Shown here: one piece after another, positions 39,091-52,400 of the stretch
Position numbering within the stretch: position 1 is the stretch's first letter
How the letters are laid out: each line of letters begins with the position of its first letter
From: Tubiluchus corallicola
Lineage: Eukaryota; Animalia; Priapulida
Direction of reading: 5' to 3'
Length of the DNA stretch: 64,000 nucleotides
Assembly: GCA_030141605.1 (NCBI GenBank)
Contig: JAQGDQ010000767.1
Coordinates: 35,566 to 99,565, forward strand
Made by a program: the position numbers and the translations under genes
The notes under the pieces: generated by a model
Databases searched by the model: none
Told to the model about the DNA's origin: nothing
The model's input: only the letters and a program-made list of their open reading frames with translations

Positions 39091-40700
39091 CAGTCAACTT
39101 TGGGTATAAGGGACACCTCGGGACCATCAAAAATCGTCCCTTATAGCTCAACTTCGGATATAAAGGACACCTCGGGACTGAAAAAAACCGTCCCTTATAT
39201 AGCTCAACCTCGGAGATAAAGGACACCTCCGGACCTGAAAAAACCATCTCTTATAGCTCAACCTTGGATATAAAGGACACCTCGGGACGGGAAAAACCGT
39301 CCCTTATAGCTCAACCTCAGATATAAAGGACACCTCGGGACCGGAAAAAACCATCTCTTATAGCTCAACCTTGGATATAAAGGACACCTCGGGACCGGAA
39401 AAACCGTCCCTTATAGCTCAACCTCAGATATAAAGAACACCTCGGGACCGGAAAAAAACGTCCCTTATAGCTCAACCTCGGATATAAAGGACACCTCGGG
39501 ACCGGAAAAAAACGTCCCTTATAGCTCAACCTCGGATATAAAGGACACCTCGGGACCGGAAAAAACTGTCCCTTATAGCTCAACCTCGGATATAAAGGAC
39601 ACCTCGGGACCAGAAAAAACTGTCTCTTATAGCTCAACCTCGGATATAAAGAACACCTCGGGACCGGAAAAAACCGTCCCTTATAGCTCAACCTGGGATA
39701 TAAAGGACACCTCGGGACCAGAAAAAACTGTCCGTTATAGCTCAACCTGGGATATAAGGGACGCCTCGGGACCGGAAAAAACCGTCCCTTATAGCTCAAC
39801 CTCGGATATAACGGACACCTCGGGACCGGAAAAAACCGTCCCGTATAGCTCAACCTCGGATATAAAGGACACCTCGGGACGGGGAAAAAACCGTCCCTTA
39901 TAGCTCAACCTGGGATATAAAGAACACCTCGGGACTGGAAAAAACCGTCCCTTATAGCTCAACCTGGGATATAAAGGACACCTCGGGACTGAAAAAACCG
40001 TCCCTTATAGCTCAACCTCGGATATAAAGGACACCTCGGGACCAGAAAAAACTGTCCGTTATAGCTCAACCTGGGATATAAAGGACACCTCGGGACCGGA
40101 AAAAACTGTCCGTTATAGCTCAACCTGGGATATAAAGGACACCTCGGGACCAGAAAAAACCGTCCCTTATAGCTCAACCTCGGATATAAAGAACACCTCG
40201 GGACCAGAAAAAAACTGTCCGTTATAGCTCAACCTGGGATATAAGGGACACCTCGGGACGGGGAAAAAACCGTCCCTTATAGCTCAACCTCGGATATAAA
40301 GGACACCTCGAGACCAGAAAAAACTGTCCCTTATAGCTCAACCTCGGATATAAAGACACCTCGGGACCGGAAAAAACCGTCCCTTGTAGCTCAACCTGGG
40401 ATATAAAGGACACCTCGGGACGGGAAAAAACTGTCCCTTATAGCTCAACCTTGGAGTTTGCCGAAAAATTGAGGTTAAAAATCGATCAATTTCGCTTTGA
40501 TCATAGGGTCCCTTATATACGAGGTAATTTATCTGTTTTTCTATTACGCGGGACCTGAAGATATCGTCCCTTATAACCGAAAGACCGTTACATCCGAGTA
40601 CCTTATATACGAAGATCTTCAGATAGGAAAAGCGTTACGAAAAATCAGGACTGGTGTTGGTGGCGCTTATAAGCGAGTACCTTATACCCGAGGTTGTCTG
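39091..40700. mobile_element. pogo/Tigger-like MITE inflated by an internal ~60-bp tandem array (about 39095-40455, ~22 copies)
   Basis: TA|cagtcaactttgggtataagg ... ccttatacccgaggttgtctg|TA. The unit ctcaacctcggatataaaggacacctcgggaccggaaaaaaccgtcccttatag is a copy of the left terminus. Confidence 0.8.
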
Positions 40701-40999
40701 TAGTTTTCTACAATGAAGTTGAGCTGAAATAGTTTAAATATATAAAAAGTAGTTTGTCTTGTACACAAATGCATTCTAGACTTCAAACATTTGCTGTTAA
40801 TTATGATGATGATGATCATCATTATTATTATTATCATTATTATTATTATTATTATTAACTACAGTGACGTGCACCGTGCAGTCATTATGTAAATTATGAA
40901 CTTGAATATTAGTGCAAACTGTTGACCGACTACTTTACTTGGTTACATTGATTGTCTATGTATAACAACTGGGAAATGAAGTTTTAATACATCCTCCCT

Positions 41000-41168
41000 C
41001 CATGAGGTGAACAGCCAGAATCGGCATGGTGAACGAAACTGTCACGAGAATGAGCGATACCAAGAATGAGTATGTAACCTAGCCATGTGCCTTTTGCTGA
41101 CACGTCTCAGCGTTACTTAACATTGCTCGCTAAGCACAAACTCTGACCACTCGGCTATGCCACACACC
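41000..41168 (-). mobile_element. Possible tRNA-derived SINE remnant
   Basis: Box-A-like TAGCCGAGTGG on the minus strand; segment acagccagaatcggca is shared with 25104-25125. Confidence 0.35.
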
Positions 41169-43369
41169 CGAACAATGGTGGCGATGTCCTGTCAGTGGTA
41201 TCAACAAAAACAGAAGCAGTTCTGGATGGGAAAATTGAAATTAATTCGCAGCATTTACACATAAGAGTGTAAGAAATTAAAGTAGACAGTTTGCACCGGC
41301 GTTGAAGTACACACATCCTCTTTACATCGGAAGCCAGTCACACAACACCATTTCAAAGCAAAAAGAGACGACTGGCATATGCAGATGAATCGATTGGCAG
41401 CTGCTACTGATCAAATTCATGGACTGATTTATATTGGATTTAAGTGGTGACGCCTCGTGTATACGTACTGCGGAACAGCAGCACCCCCTATTTTCACTCA
41501 ATACTATTTATAATATTCAATATAATAAGTCTTTTTCTTATTGCACAGTACTTATATTCCTGCAGGCTGTTTGTTGTGTGATACCTTGCACCTGTTCGTT
41601 ATGTGGTACTTATGTAAAAGCTGTGTGTGGTCTTTTTTCGTTAGTTCTTTCTTTATACTTGTACGGATGTAGAACACGTGAGGGTAGTACTGTTTGCTTC
41701 ACAGCCCAGCACAGTGGTGTGTTTTACTGTTGTGCGCATGCGCCTATTCACACATGTCTGATATAACACACTGTACACATATTACACTCAAGTAGTGAAT
41801 TCTCTGTTCATTTCAAAAGATGAAATTTCGTTTTACAGCTTAAAATTGTTTCTGTTTGTTTACAATACGGTATGGATGAGTATCGAGATTCTGGCTACTG
41901 GTCAGCATGAGCTGGTCACTGTCCATATGAAGACATACGTAGATTGACTATATAACGCGTCATAATATATTTCGTGTGTCGTAATGCTTACAAAAATGTT
42001 GTGATGCTGAAATGAGAATGTTGTGTGTTTTTTATGCAAAGTAAGCCTCGTGTTCTAGCAATGAATAATGTTTTACACAATGAAAAGCAAATGTCTCATA
42101 GCATTTACTGTAAATAAATTTCATTTTCATTTGGAAAGATGAAATTTCATGTAACAGTTCAGATATTTGGAGGCACCATAACCTTTCTGTGATTAGGGCT
42201 TCTCGAGGTCTTAATCCAGCCCTGGAAAAAGGCCTAGCATTTGGGAAGGCAGCTTCTAAGAATCATGATCACGTTTATTAGTGAGTTTATTATATTCATT
42301 TCACAGTTTGCAGTTACGTGTAGCTAATATCCAAAAAACTGTTTCGTTTTTTTGTTGTCATTTAAATTAATGATAAATTCACAAAAGACGAAAATAGATC
42401 TTGCAAATTTTTTTATTAAACATTGTAATGTATGTACAGTATAAAGTAAAGGCGGTAACGTAGGCAATTAAAGTTATATAAAAACATTTACACAATAATA
42501 ATAATAATACATGAAAAAAATGGAAAGTACACACTTCTCGACACACGCAGTTCTCTAATTAAATTCATTCGTTAATAATTACTTAATTTACACTTAATTA
42601 GGTAGCTGCTCAAATCATGAGAATTCATATTACTTAAAAAATGACGGCACTATTACGTGAGCAAAGACCCGACGGTAGGTCTTTACCATTACACACAGTT
42701 TGGTTTAAACTGTAATAGCTAATGACGTAATAATTAATTAAGACGACTATTAATATCTACTACTAAAAACAGTAAGTACTGTTGATGGAAACTGATATTA
42801 TACGGAATGAAAAGAAGCTTAAGCTCTCAGGGTTGATGTCAGACAATTTTTCGTCTTCTTATAGTGCATTTATTCTTAAGAAACAATCCAAAATTATGAG
42901 ACAGCATAATGCACAAACGTAAAGTGGTAGGCCACGAACCTCTGAAGCCATTTTAACAATACGTGTTTAAAAAAGACACAATGAAGATTTTGGGAGTAGA
43001 AGAGAAGGGAGGTAAAACTTCTTTGACTTGGCGCGATTCGGATACTAAACAATTTTCTCGCTTGCAAGAAAACGTAACAAAAATACCCATAAGAAAATAG
43101 CGAATGCGAAGAGAGATCAATGGTAGTGATGAGTACATAGATGTAGGTTGCGTAGATGCAGTAGTAGCTACAGACGGAAACATCGACATTGCCAAGTTGT
43201 ACGGAACGGTCAGAAGTGTTGTAAATGTTACTGTTTCGAGTGGAAAACATATGAAAACTGCAATAACAGAATTATATTGCACCTGGACAATGTAGTGGTC
43301 AAGTTGACAAACTAGAATGAAAACGCCTTTGTCCGGTTTTGAAATGCAAACTCTGTTTCTCCGGTGAGG

Positions 43370-44616
43370 AAGTAACTGCTGCGAGTTGAGTGAAAAAAGA
43401 AACTGCTAAAAGCCGAGTGGAAAAGGAAACTGATACGAGCTTGAGTGGAAAAAGAAAGTGCTACGAGTTGAGTGGAAAAAGAAAGTGCTACGAGTTGAGT
43501 GGAAAAAGAAAGTGCTACGAGTTGAATGGAAAAAGAAACTGCTGCAAGTTGAATGGAAAAAGAAACTGCTGTGAGTTGAATGGAAAAAGAAACTGCTGCG
43601 AGTTGAATGGAAAAAGAAAGTGCTACGAGTTGAGTGGAAAAAGAAAGTGCTACGAGTTGAATGGAAAAAGAAACTGCTGCAAGTTGAATGGAAAAAGAAA
43701 GTGCTCCGAGTTGAATGGAAAAAGAAACTGCTGCGAGTTGAGTGGAAAAAGAAACTGCTGTGAGTGAGTGGAAAAAGAAACTGCTGTGAATGGAAAAAGA
43801 AACTGCTGCGAGTTGAATGGAAAAAGAAACTGCTACGAGTTGAGTGGAAAAAGAAACTGCTGTGAGTTGAATGGAAAAAGAAACTGCTGCGAGTTGAATG
43901 GAAAAAGAAACTGCTACGAGTTGAGTGGAAAAAGAAAGTGCTACGAGTTGAGTGGAAAAAGAAACTGCTGCGAGTTTAGTGGAAAAGGAAACTGATACGA
44001 GCTGAGTGGAAAAAGAAAGTGCTACGAGTTGAGTGGAAAAAGAAACTGCTAAAAGCTGAGTGGAAAAGGAAACTGATACGAGTTGAGTGAAAAAAGAAAC
44101 TGCTAAAAGCTGAGTGGAAAAGGAAACTGATACGAGCTGAGTGGAAAAAGAAAGTGCTACGAGTTGAGTGGAAAAAGAAACTGCTGCGAGTTGAATGGAA
44201 AAAGAAAGTGCTACGAGTTGAGTGGAAAAAGAAAGTGCTACGAGTTGAGTGGAAAAAGAAACTGCTGCGAGTTTAGTGGAAAAGGAAACTGATACGAGTT
44301 GAGTGGAAAAAGAAAGTGCTACGAGTTGAGTGGAAAAAGAAACTGCTAAAAGCTGAGTGGAAAAGGAAACTGATACGAGTTGAGTGAAAAAAGAAACTGC
44401 TAAAAGCTGAGTGGAAAAGGAAACTGATACGAGCTGAGTGGAAAAAGAAAGTGCTACGAGTTGAGTGGAAAAAGAAAGTGCTACGAGTTGAATGGAAAAA
44501 GAAAGTGCTCCGAGTTGAATGGAAAAAGAAAGTGCTACGAGTTGAGTGGAAAAAGAAACTGCTGCGAGTTGAATGGAAAAAGAAACTGTAGCGAGTTGAG
44601 TGGAAAAAGAAAGTGC
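43370..44616. repeat. 27-bp minisatellite (gagttgagtggaaaaagaaagtgctac, ~46 copies)
   Basis: Direct periodicity. Confidence 0.95.
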
Positions 44617-45196
44617 GTCAAGTTACAAATTTGCTATTAACCAGATCTGAGTCAAGCAGATTTCACTATAGTGCTTCCTTCGCAAAAATGGTTACATTTT
44701 GAAATTATAGTCCATTTCCCCAAAACAATGTAAAAGTCATTATCATTCTTTGAGTACGTTTTATACGTAGCATGTGACATGTACGATTCCTAAGCAATAA
44801 CTGCTCTTCATATAGACCCAACTGGACAAACACTTTAGCCTAAACAAGACCACGAGAAAGTTTCAAATTTAAACATCAGTTGACTCTCGGACATTTGGAT
44901 AATTTGCAAACAGAACTGGTATTAATGGTACATGAACAATCTGTAGTGCATAAGTAGACTCCAAGATACGACAAGACTGCGGACGCAGAAAAATATATAA
45001 ATATCACAGATAAGAGTTTATCCATCCAATAAGTTTCTGATGCAAAGTAACACGACCCTACTATGACAATAGTTGATGAATTAATATTGTCAGGCCACAC
45101 ATAATCCGTTTCCCAGCACATAATGCTTTGATGCCCTTTGTTCGCAAAACCAGGCAAAATCAGTCAAATTCACGGCTACTGAACGAGTGAAGCATT

Positions 45197-45880
45197 AAGA
45201 ATATTTCACAAAGAAGAGAACATTTGAGAAAAAGTATAAGAATAATTCCCAAAGAAGTGAACATTTGAGAAAAAGTATAAGAATAATTCGCAAAGTGAAC
45301 ATTTCAGAAAAAGTATAAGAACAATTCCCAAAGAAGTGAACATTTCAGAAAAAGTATCAGAACAATTCCCAAAGAAGTGAACATTTGAGAAAAAGTATCA
45401 GAACAATTCCCAAAGAAGTGAACATTTGAGAAAAAGTATCAGAACAATTCCCAAAGAAGTGAACATTTGAGAAAAAGTATCAGAACAATTCCCAAAGAAG
45501 TGAACATTTGAGAAAAAGTATCAGAACAATTCCCAAAGAAGTGAACATTTGAGAAAAAGTATCAGAACAATTCCCAAAGAAGTGAACATTTGAGAAAAAG
45601 TATCAGAACAATTCCCAAAGAAGTGAACATTTGAGAAAAAGTATCAGAACAATTCCCAAAGAAGTGAACATTTGAGAAAAAGTATAAGAACAATTCCCAA
45701 AGAAGTGAACATTTGAGAAAAAGTATAAGAACAATTCCCAAAGAAGTGAACATTTGAGAAAAAGTATAAGAACAATTCCCAAAGAAGTGAACATTTGAGA
45801 AAAAGTATAAGAACAATTCCCAAAGAAGTGAACATTTGAGAAAAAGTATAAGAATATTTCGCAAAGAAATGAACACTCGA
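45197..45880. repeat. 41-bp minisatellite (~16 copies)
   Basis: agaacaattcccaaagaagtgaacatttgagaaaaagtat(a/c). Confidence 0.95.
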
Positions 45881-46195
45881 GAAAGAAATGTTAAAGAAAT
45901 TCGAAGTGCAATTCTGCAAGATCAAAGCCATTAGATGGTTGCTAATTATACGTGGCAAAGTCGGCTGAAAAAAGTGTGAAATAACACAAGTTCCAACTGT
46001 CCCTGATTTTTTACCAATGTTGCCAGAAACACAGCCACTCTTTTACTTGACAATGGGATTTCATGACTTATAAGTACAATATAGCTAAAAATGCCGTGTA
46101 CAACAGGTATCTGTGAATATACACGCTGCAATGATAAGTAAGAGAGGAAGGTTTTCATTTAAATTTGAAATAACCCCCGGGGATTCTTCAAGTAC

Positions 46196-46590
46196 ATACA
46201 CATGGTGACCATTCACGTGACAACCGTACATGTGGCGACCGTTTACATGACAACTGTATGCATGGCAACCGTACACATGGTGACCGTTCACATGACAACC
46301 GTACACATGGCGACCATTTACAAGGCAACCGTACACATGGCGACCATTTACAAGGCAACCGTACACATGGTGACCATTTACATGGCAACCATACACATGG
46401 CGACCGTTCACATGACAACCGTACACATGGCAACCGTACAGATGGCGACCGTACACATGGCGACCATACACATGGCGGCCATTCACATGGCAACCGTACA
46501 CATGGTGACCATTCACATGACAACCGTACACATGGCAACTGTTCACATGGCAACCGTTTACATGGCAACCGTACACATGGCAACCGTTCA
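46196..46590. repeat. 15-bp minisatellite (catggcaaccgtaca, ~26 copies)
   Basis: Direct periodicity. Confidence 0.95.
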
Positions 46591-49034
46591 AAAACTTGCA
46601 AAAATAACTGCTGTTGTGAATGAGCCGAGTTGAGAACACAAATTGATATGTTGAAAAAATACTTCAGTAATCAAAAGTAATAAGTTTTATTTATGTACAA
46701 GATATTAGGTTGTTTGGTTCTTGGCGGACAGACAACAAAACTGCCTGAGAATAATTTACGAAACGACTTGATTAAAAGTTTATAAATACTGTGCTTAGAT
46801 ATTTTTCATTCTATTAAGTTACTATCGGCAGTGCTAGCTTACAAGTTGCTTAAGCTTGATAGTTCTAAGCGATTAAGAGCTAACAAAAAAAGTACACAAA
46901 GCAGTGAAAACGTACTACATAATAAATATAGTTTTATACAGTAAGATCAAAACTGATCAGGCATATGCTTAGACCTTCAGCCAGAATCCTTTGTGTTGAT
47001 CGAGCAACATATCAACATTTAGTCATACAAGAAGCTTGGGCATAATACGTGATGCTCAGGTTTGGTCATCTGTCGGAGTAGGATTGGTAAAGGAAGTCTC
47101 TCGACTACTCCTAAATGACCCCCCCCCACCCCCCAATGTGGCCCAGATCGAAAGGTAACTTGTCGTTCTTTTTTATTTTTGTGGTACACGACGGATCATC
47201 GTTTACATTTGACATACATTCGATTGAGGTCAAAATTTGGTCTTATTTCAATGTACCTAGTAGACTATCAAGTGAAGTGGTTGTCAATACATATTTCAGT
47301 CTGCAAGGATGATGTAACAAAGTCAGGAGGTAATTAAGAGATGACAGCAGGTTTTAATTTTACGTGTACGGCCTATGATCCATGAAGCCCATGATTTTTA
47401 AGTGTCATCGGGTGCCGGCCAGACACCCCAAATTTAGGGCAAGTTGGTACCCGAAGGGTGAAGTCTGGGCAAAGGACAATCGGAAATTAAGTGAAAATGG
47501 TGGCCTATCTTTCTTAGTTTTACTTAGTCTTTCTTATCTTCTATCTAGGCCATTTTGGTGGGTCATTCGAGGTACACCAGAGACTACATACCCCTGGCAC
47601 CGTAACAAGTGCCCATGAACATCACATATTATATTCAAGCATCTTATACGACTAAATACAGTGAAATACCAATATAGTATAGCAAATACGGCTTACTGCA
47701 TACATTATAGCAAACATGGTTTATTGGGTGCGCACTGGTAATGCGAACTCTCAAAAAAGAACGAATTTTCATCACTTATTTAACTAGTTTAATACCGTTG
47801 AATACAGCGTACTGGGTTTTTGCATACTTAAATGTATCTATGTGTACTTTGTAGTTTTTTGAGTACCTTAACTTTGCTAGCCGTTTGCGAATTAATTTGC
47901 AGTTAAAAGTTTAACCAGTCATTCCTGGCACTGCTAAACACAGTTGCCGAGCAGGTAACACGCAGAGTTATTAACGTGTGATAACCAAAAGTCATTTTGT
48001 CTGCCAACTGTATAAAAACAACGAGTCCTTCGGTGGACTGGCACCCAGTTGTTTTACATACGCACACCGATAACTAACATGTTTCGTCAAGCGACGAAAA
48101 CTACCGAAGTTACTCTGTTACAAAAACTTTTTACACGAGAAATTTCGTGCAAACAAAACCGACTGGCGTTTCTGAAATTCGAGCGTCGACTTTGCTTAAA
48201 GTCACAACTGAACGTGCGCGTGAAATTTAACATGAAATGTTCATTAATATTTAGTTTATAAAGACGTTACACTGGTATCTTGCACGGTCAATCTGAAGGA
48301 TTATGGCAGAAGGTTATAAAGTTTTTTAAAGATGGCACCTACTGATGTCTGACTGACATTACAGAAAACAATCCTAGGTCTGTCATGCTCAAGCCACATT
48401 TAAAATAGCTGAACATTTTGCCTAAAAATATCAAAATACACTTTTCATACGAAATTTACAACAGAAGTGAAATTATGTAACGCGTCCTTGCTTATAAAAT
48501 GCAAAATAAAATTTACACGTACCGTATTCGATGCTAATGCATATCTGTACATATGTACAACAAAACATTTGACATTACGACAAGCATTTGTATCACAAAA
48601 TCGGCCGACTGTAATTGGTGGACGAGCGGATGAGTAAAGAGGAGCAGAGGAACGACTCGAGAGGCACGGGGAGAAGGTGGGTGCAAACAACAGTGAAGGA
48701 GAAAGAGCAGGAGGACTAGAAAGAGGAAGCTCTTTAACGAAACCGCACGATACAAACAAATAAGTGCGCAACTTCTTTGGAATCATTGTGTAGGTTTTCA
48801 TACAAGATGGCCGACGTTACTAACAGAACCAAGATGGCCGGAAGTTGTGAAGAACTGGCTAGGAACTGAAACGAAACAGGCAATCGTAGGAGATTGTGAT
48901 AAGAATGAAACTAAAGTTTGCAAAACATGATTAGCTGTAAGGAATAAGCAGAGAATTGCTGCTGACTGTAGACTCATCGTAACACAGGCAGCAATATAAG
49001 GCAACAAGGAGGTACATTTGCTACTGTACAATAC

Positions 49035-49492
49035 CTACGCCATGCTCGGATTGCTTCGTGACTTGAAGGGACCCCTGCCCTTGCCGTACCCAGCAGGCGG
49101 AGGCTTTTCGTATGGCGGAGGAGGCTCGTTGCCGTACGGAGGCGACGTGTAACCTTGTTGCTGGGAACTGGCTAGATTCGGACTGGACGAGTTCGCCCCG
49201 GATGGCCGTGACACGTGATCTGTCGGACGAAGGCGCGGATTGGACTTAGCTCTCTCCCCCTGAGGTTTGGATCGATCCGGCTGAGACTTGGGCCGCTCCG
49301 ATTGAGGTTTCGATCGCTCTCCTTGAGTTTTAGGCCGTTCCGCCTGAGGCTTAGATCTCTCCGCCTGGGGCTTAGCTCGGTCCGCCTGAGGATTTGATCG
49401 CGCCTGCTGTTCGGTCTTCCGATCGCCCCCGGATCTTTCCGCGGGACTATTCCTATTGTTGTTTGCACCCACTCTACCTCCTCTTGAGCGAC
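49035..49492 (-). CDS. ADAM10: ADAM10 distal terminal exon (Pro/Arg/Ser-rich tail with PPPPY)
   Basis: Acceptor tttttttttggacttcag|, phase 1, in frame GRSRGGRVG...[11 protein letters not shown]...NPSMA*. Confidence 0.85.
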
Positions 49493-52400
49493 CTGAAGTC
49501 CAAAAAAAAATCATCAGGTTAGAAGTCGCAAGAAGAATTAAGTGCAGTTGAAAATGATAATTATACTGACGCAAAAGCAACAATCGTCTTTTTGTCAGTT
49601 GTCACAGAATCTGTGTCAACAAACAAGAGTCAGAAAAATCAACATTCTTCTTCTAAATGCGAAATAAACTTTTCAAATCTGTGAAACAGTTAAACCTTGT
49701 TATAATGCCCCCTCCCTTATAATGCCAGCCTCCTTAACACCCAATTTTTGGCAAAATGCCTCGCAACCAATTTGAAACAAATGTCTTTTTGCATAGACAT
49801 GTGTATTAATGGCCTTTTATAATGCCACCTCCTTAACACCAAATTTTTGGCAAAACAAAATGTCTTTTTGCAAGACATGTATGTATTAATGTGCCTTGTT
49901 ATAATGCCAGCCTCGCTTAACACTCAAATTTTTGGCAAAAACAAAATGTCTGCTTTTGCATAGACATGTATGTATTAATGCGCCTTGTTATAATGCCAGC
50001 CTCGCTTAACACCCAATTTTTTGGCAAAAACAAAATGTCTGCTTTTGCATAGACATGTATGTATTAATGCGCCTTGTTATAATGCCAGCCTCGCTTAACA
50101 CACAAATTTTTGGCTAAAACAAAATGTCTGCTTTTGCATAGACATGTATGTATTAATGCGCCTTGTTATGATGCCAGCCTCGCTTAACACTCAAATTTTT
50201 GGCAAAAACAAAATGTCTGCTTTTGCATAGACATGTATGTATTAATGCACCTTGTTATAATGCCAGCCTCGCTTAACACTCAAATTTTTGGCAAAACAAA
50301 ATGTCTGTTTTGCATAGACATGTATGTATTAATGCCCTTATAATGCCCCCTTAACCTAAATTTTGGCAAAACAAAATGTCTTTTTGCATAGACATGTATG
50401 ATTAATGCCCTTATAATGCCACCTCGCTTAACAAATTTGGCAAAACAAATGTCTTTTTGATAGACATGTATGTATTAATGCCCTTATATGCCCCTCCTTA
50501 ACCAAATTTTGCAAAACAAAATGTCTTTTTGCATAGACATGTATGTATTAATGCCTATAATGCAAATTGAAGAATGTATATAATGCTATATGTGCTTTTT
50601 TTGTGTTGTATTAATGTTATATGCCTCCTTAAAATTTCAAATTTGCTTTGCATAGACATGTATGTATTAATGTAACTTGTTATAATGCCAAACATGCTTA
50701 ATGCAAAGTTTTTCTGTCCCAAAATGGACGATATAAAGAGAATTTGATCACAAATCTGCAAGTGGAAATAGCGTTGATTACAATGTGAATTTCTGAACAG
50801 TAAGATGGCTGACAATAACAACAACAGTGGCAGCCATGTGTTGTACTATTAGACTATTGAGAATAATAAGCGGAACTAAAACATTTGCTGTAGTTTGTGG
50901 AAGCTGGAATACGACATATTATCATTGTAACAACGCTGCAAATCTAAACAAGTGATTAGAGTCAACGAAAACGACCTCTAGTTTCATTCCTCATGCTTAG
51001 CAAGAACAGCAACCTTTAAAAACCACATAAGTCTGATAATAGCCTTTAATCTCATTTCTGATGCTCAGCAAGAAGAGCAATCTTTGAAAACAATATCAAT
51101 CGAAGAGTAGTCGCCACTCTTATTTCTGGTCATTAGCAAGAACAGCAATCTTCGAAAATGATACCACTCTGCAAATAGCCTTCAACCTCATTCCTGATGT
51201 GCAGCAAGAACAGTAATCTTCGAAAATGATATCACTCTAATAATAGTCTTTAATCTCGTTTCTGGTGGTTAGCAAGAACAGCAATCTTCGAAAATCACAT
51301 CAGTCTGAGAAGAGAAATATTTTGAGTGACTTTATTCGTCGAGAAATCTTGACAATATTCATTAATCTCCCAATGTTTAGAGTTGATTCCACAAGGCGGC
51401 AGCACTGTGAGCAACTAAGACGTAACAATAACAAATGTACAACTAACAGAAAATCGTTATTAAAAGAAAAAAAACTCAGCTACCGTCACTGTGCAAGGAA
51501 AATAAAGCAGCATCTAACAGCAAGCCTTTTCACAGTTCCAGCGATTGATGGCGATCGTGAAAAGTCAAAGGTTAAGTGTACCAGACAACGTTCTCTGAAC
51601 CAAACAGCCATTTGTTTACATTTGACAAAGCCTCTCTCTTACAAAACAAACCATGCAAATAAATTAACTTAGGCCTCATTGGCTTGCGACGCTAGTAATG
51701 CATGAAATTACTTTGTTCACGACCGTACATAATTTATAGTAATTAATTGCTCTAATCATTAACGGCACACTACCTTGTGTAATTGCTAAAAGTTTATTTT
51801 CACTTTTGCTTCTTCTAGTAAAGGTATTTTAGAGTGAAAACCGATAAACCTTTTCGCAGTTCCAGCATTTGATGACGATTGTGAAAAGGTCAAAGGTTAA
51901 ATGTACCAGACAACTCATTTGTGTACACTTGCCAACGCCTCGCACACCAAGCTACTGTAATAGTAACAGTTTTAACAGCTAGCTAGAACCTTACCTAGTT
52001 CATTTTTTCTTCTTTCCAAGCAAGATCCTGCTAGTAAATTGCTCTACACAAACTAAGGCATAATTAATTAAAGCCTATGTAAAAAAAACTGAAGTTATTG
52101 AACTGACACAGCAGACAGCTTTGCCTTACCCACATGTCACGTGACGGTTGTTGCTATGGTACACTTAACCTTTGGCTTACAGCAACAAAATTGTGAAAAG
52201 GCTTACTGATTCTAATCATTAGAGACATAGATTTACATTACATTATTTGCATACATTAAGCTCAGTGGTACGTCTTACTCGTTTAGAATGGGAACTCTTC
52301 CACACGGACATACGGATAATAGCTTTTTAAGTCACAGCGCTAGACTGGAGGCACAGATAAATTACGACTTGAATTTACTTATAGTAGTTGCACACGGGAA

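Noticed and set aside
38998-42224. Large hAT element bounded by cagccctggattaa / ttaatccagccctg
   Set aside because: TIRs are imperfect and the flanking 8-mers do not match as a TSD.
43390-46639. Cys/His-rich ORFs (ELNGKRNCC, HVYGC) suggesting metallothionein-like proteins
   Set aside because: Products of 27-bp and 15-bp minisatellites, with no supporting gene structure.
50330-50560. Progressive shortening of satellite units as a biological gradient
   Set aside because: Scattered small deletions could equally be consensus errors in the assembly; cannot be distinguished without reads.
51774-51814. Second candidate ADAM10 micro-exon (ag...gtagtg)
   Set aside because: 41 nt, not frame-preserving, has a stop in the required phase, and a weak donor.
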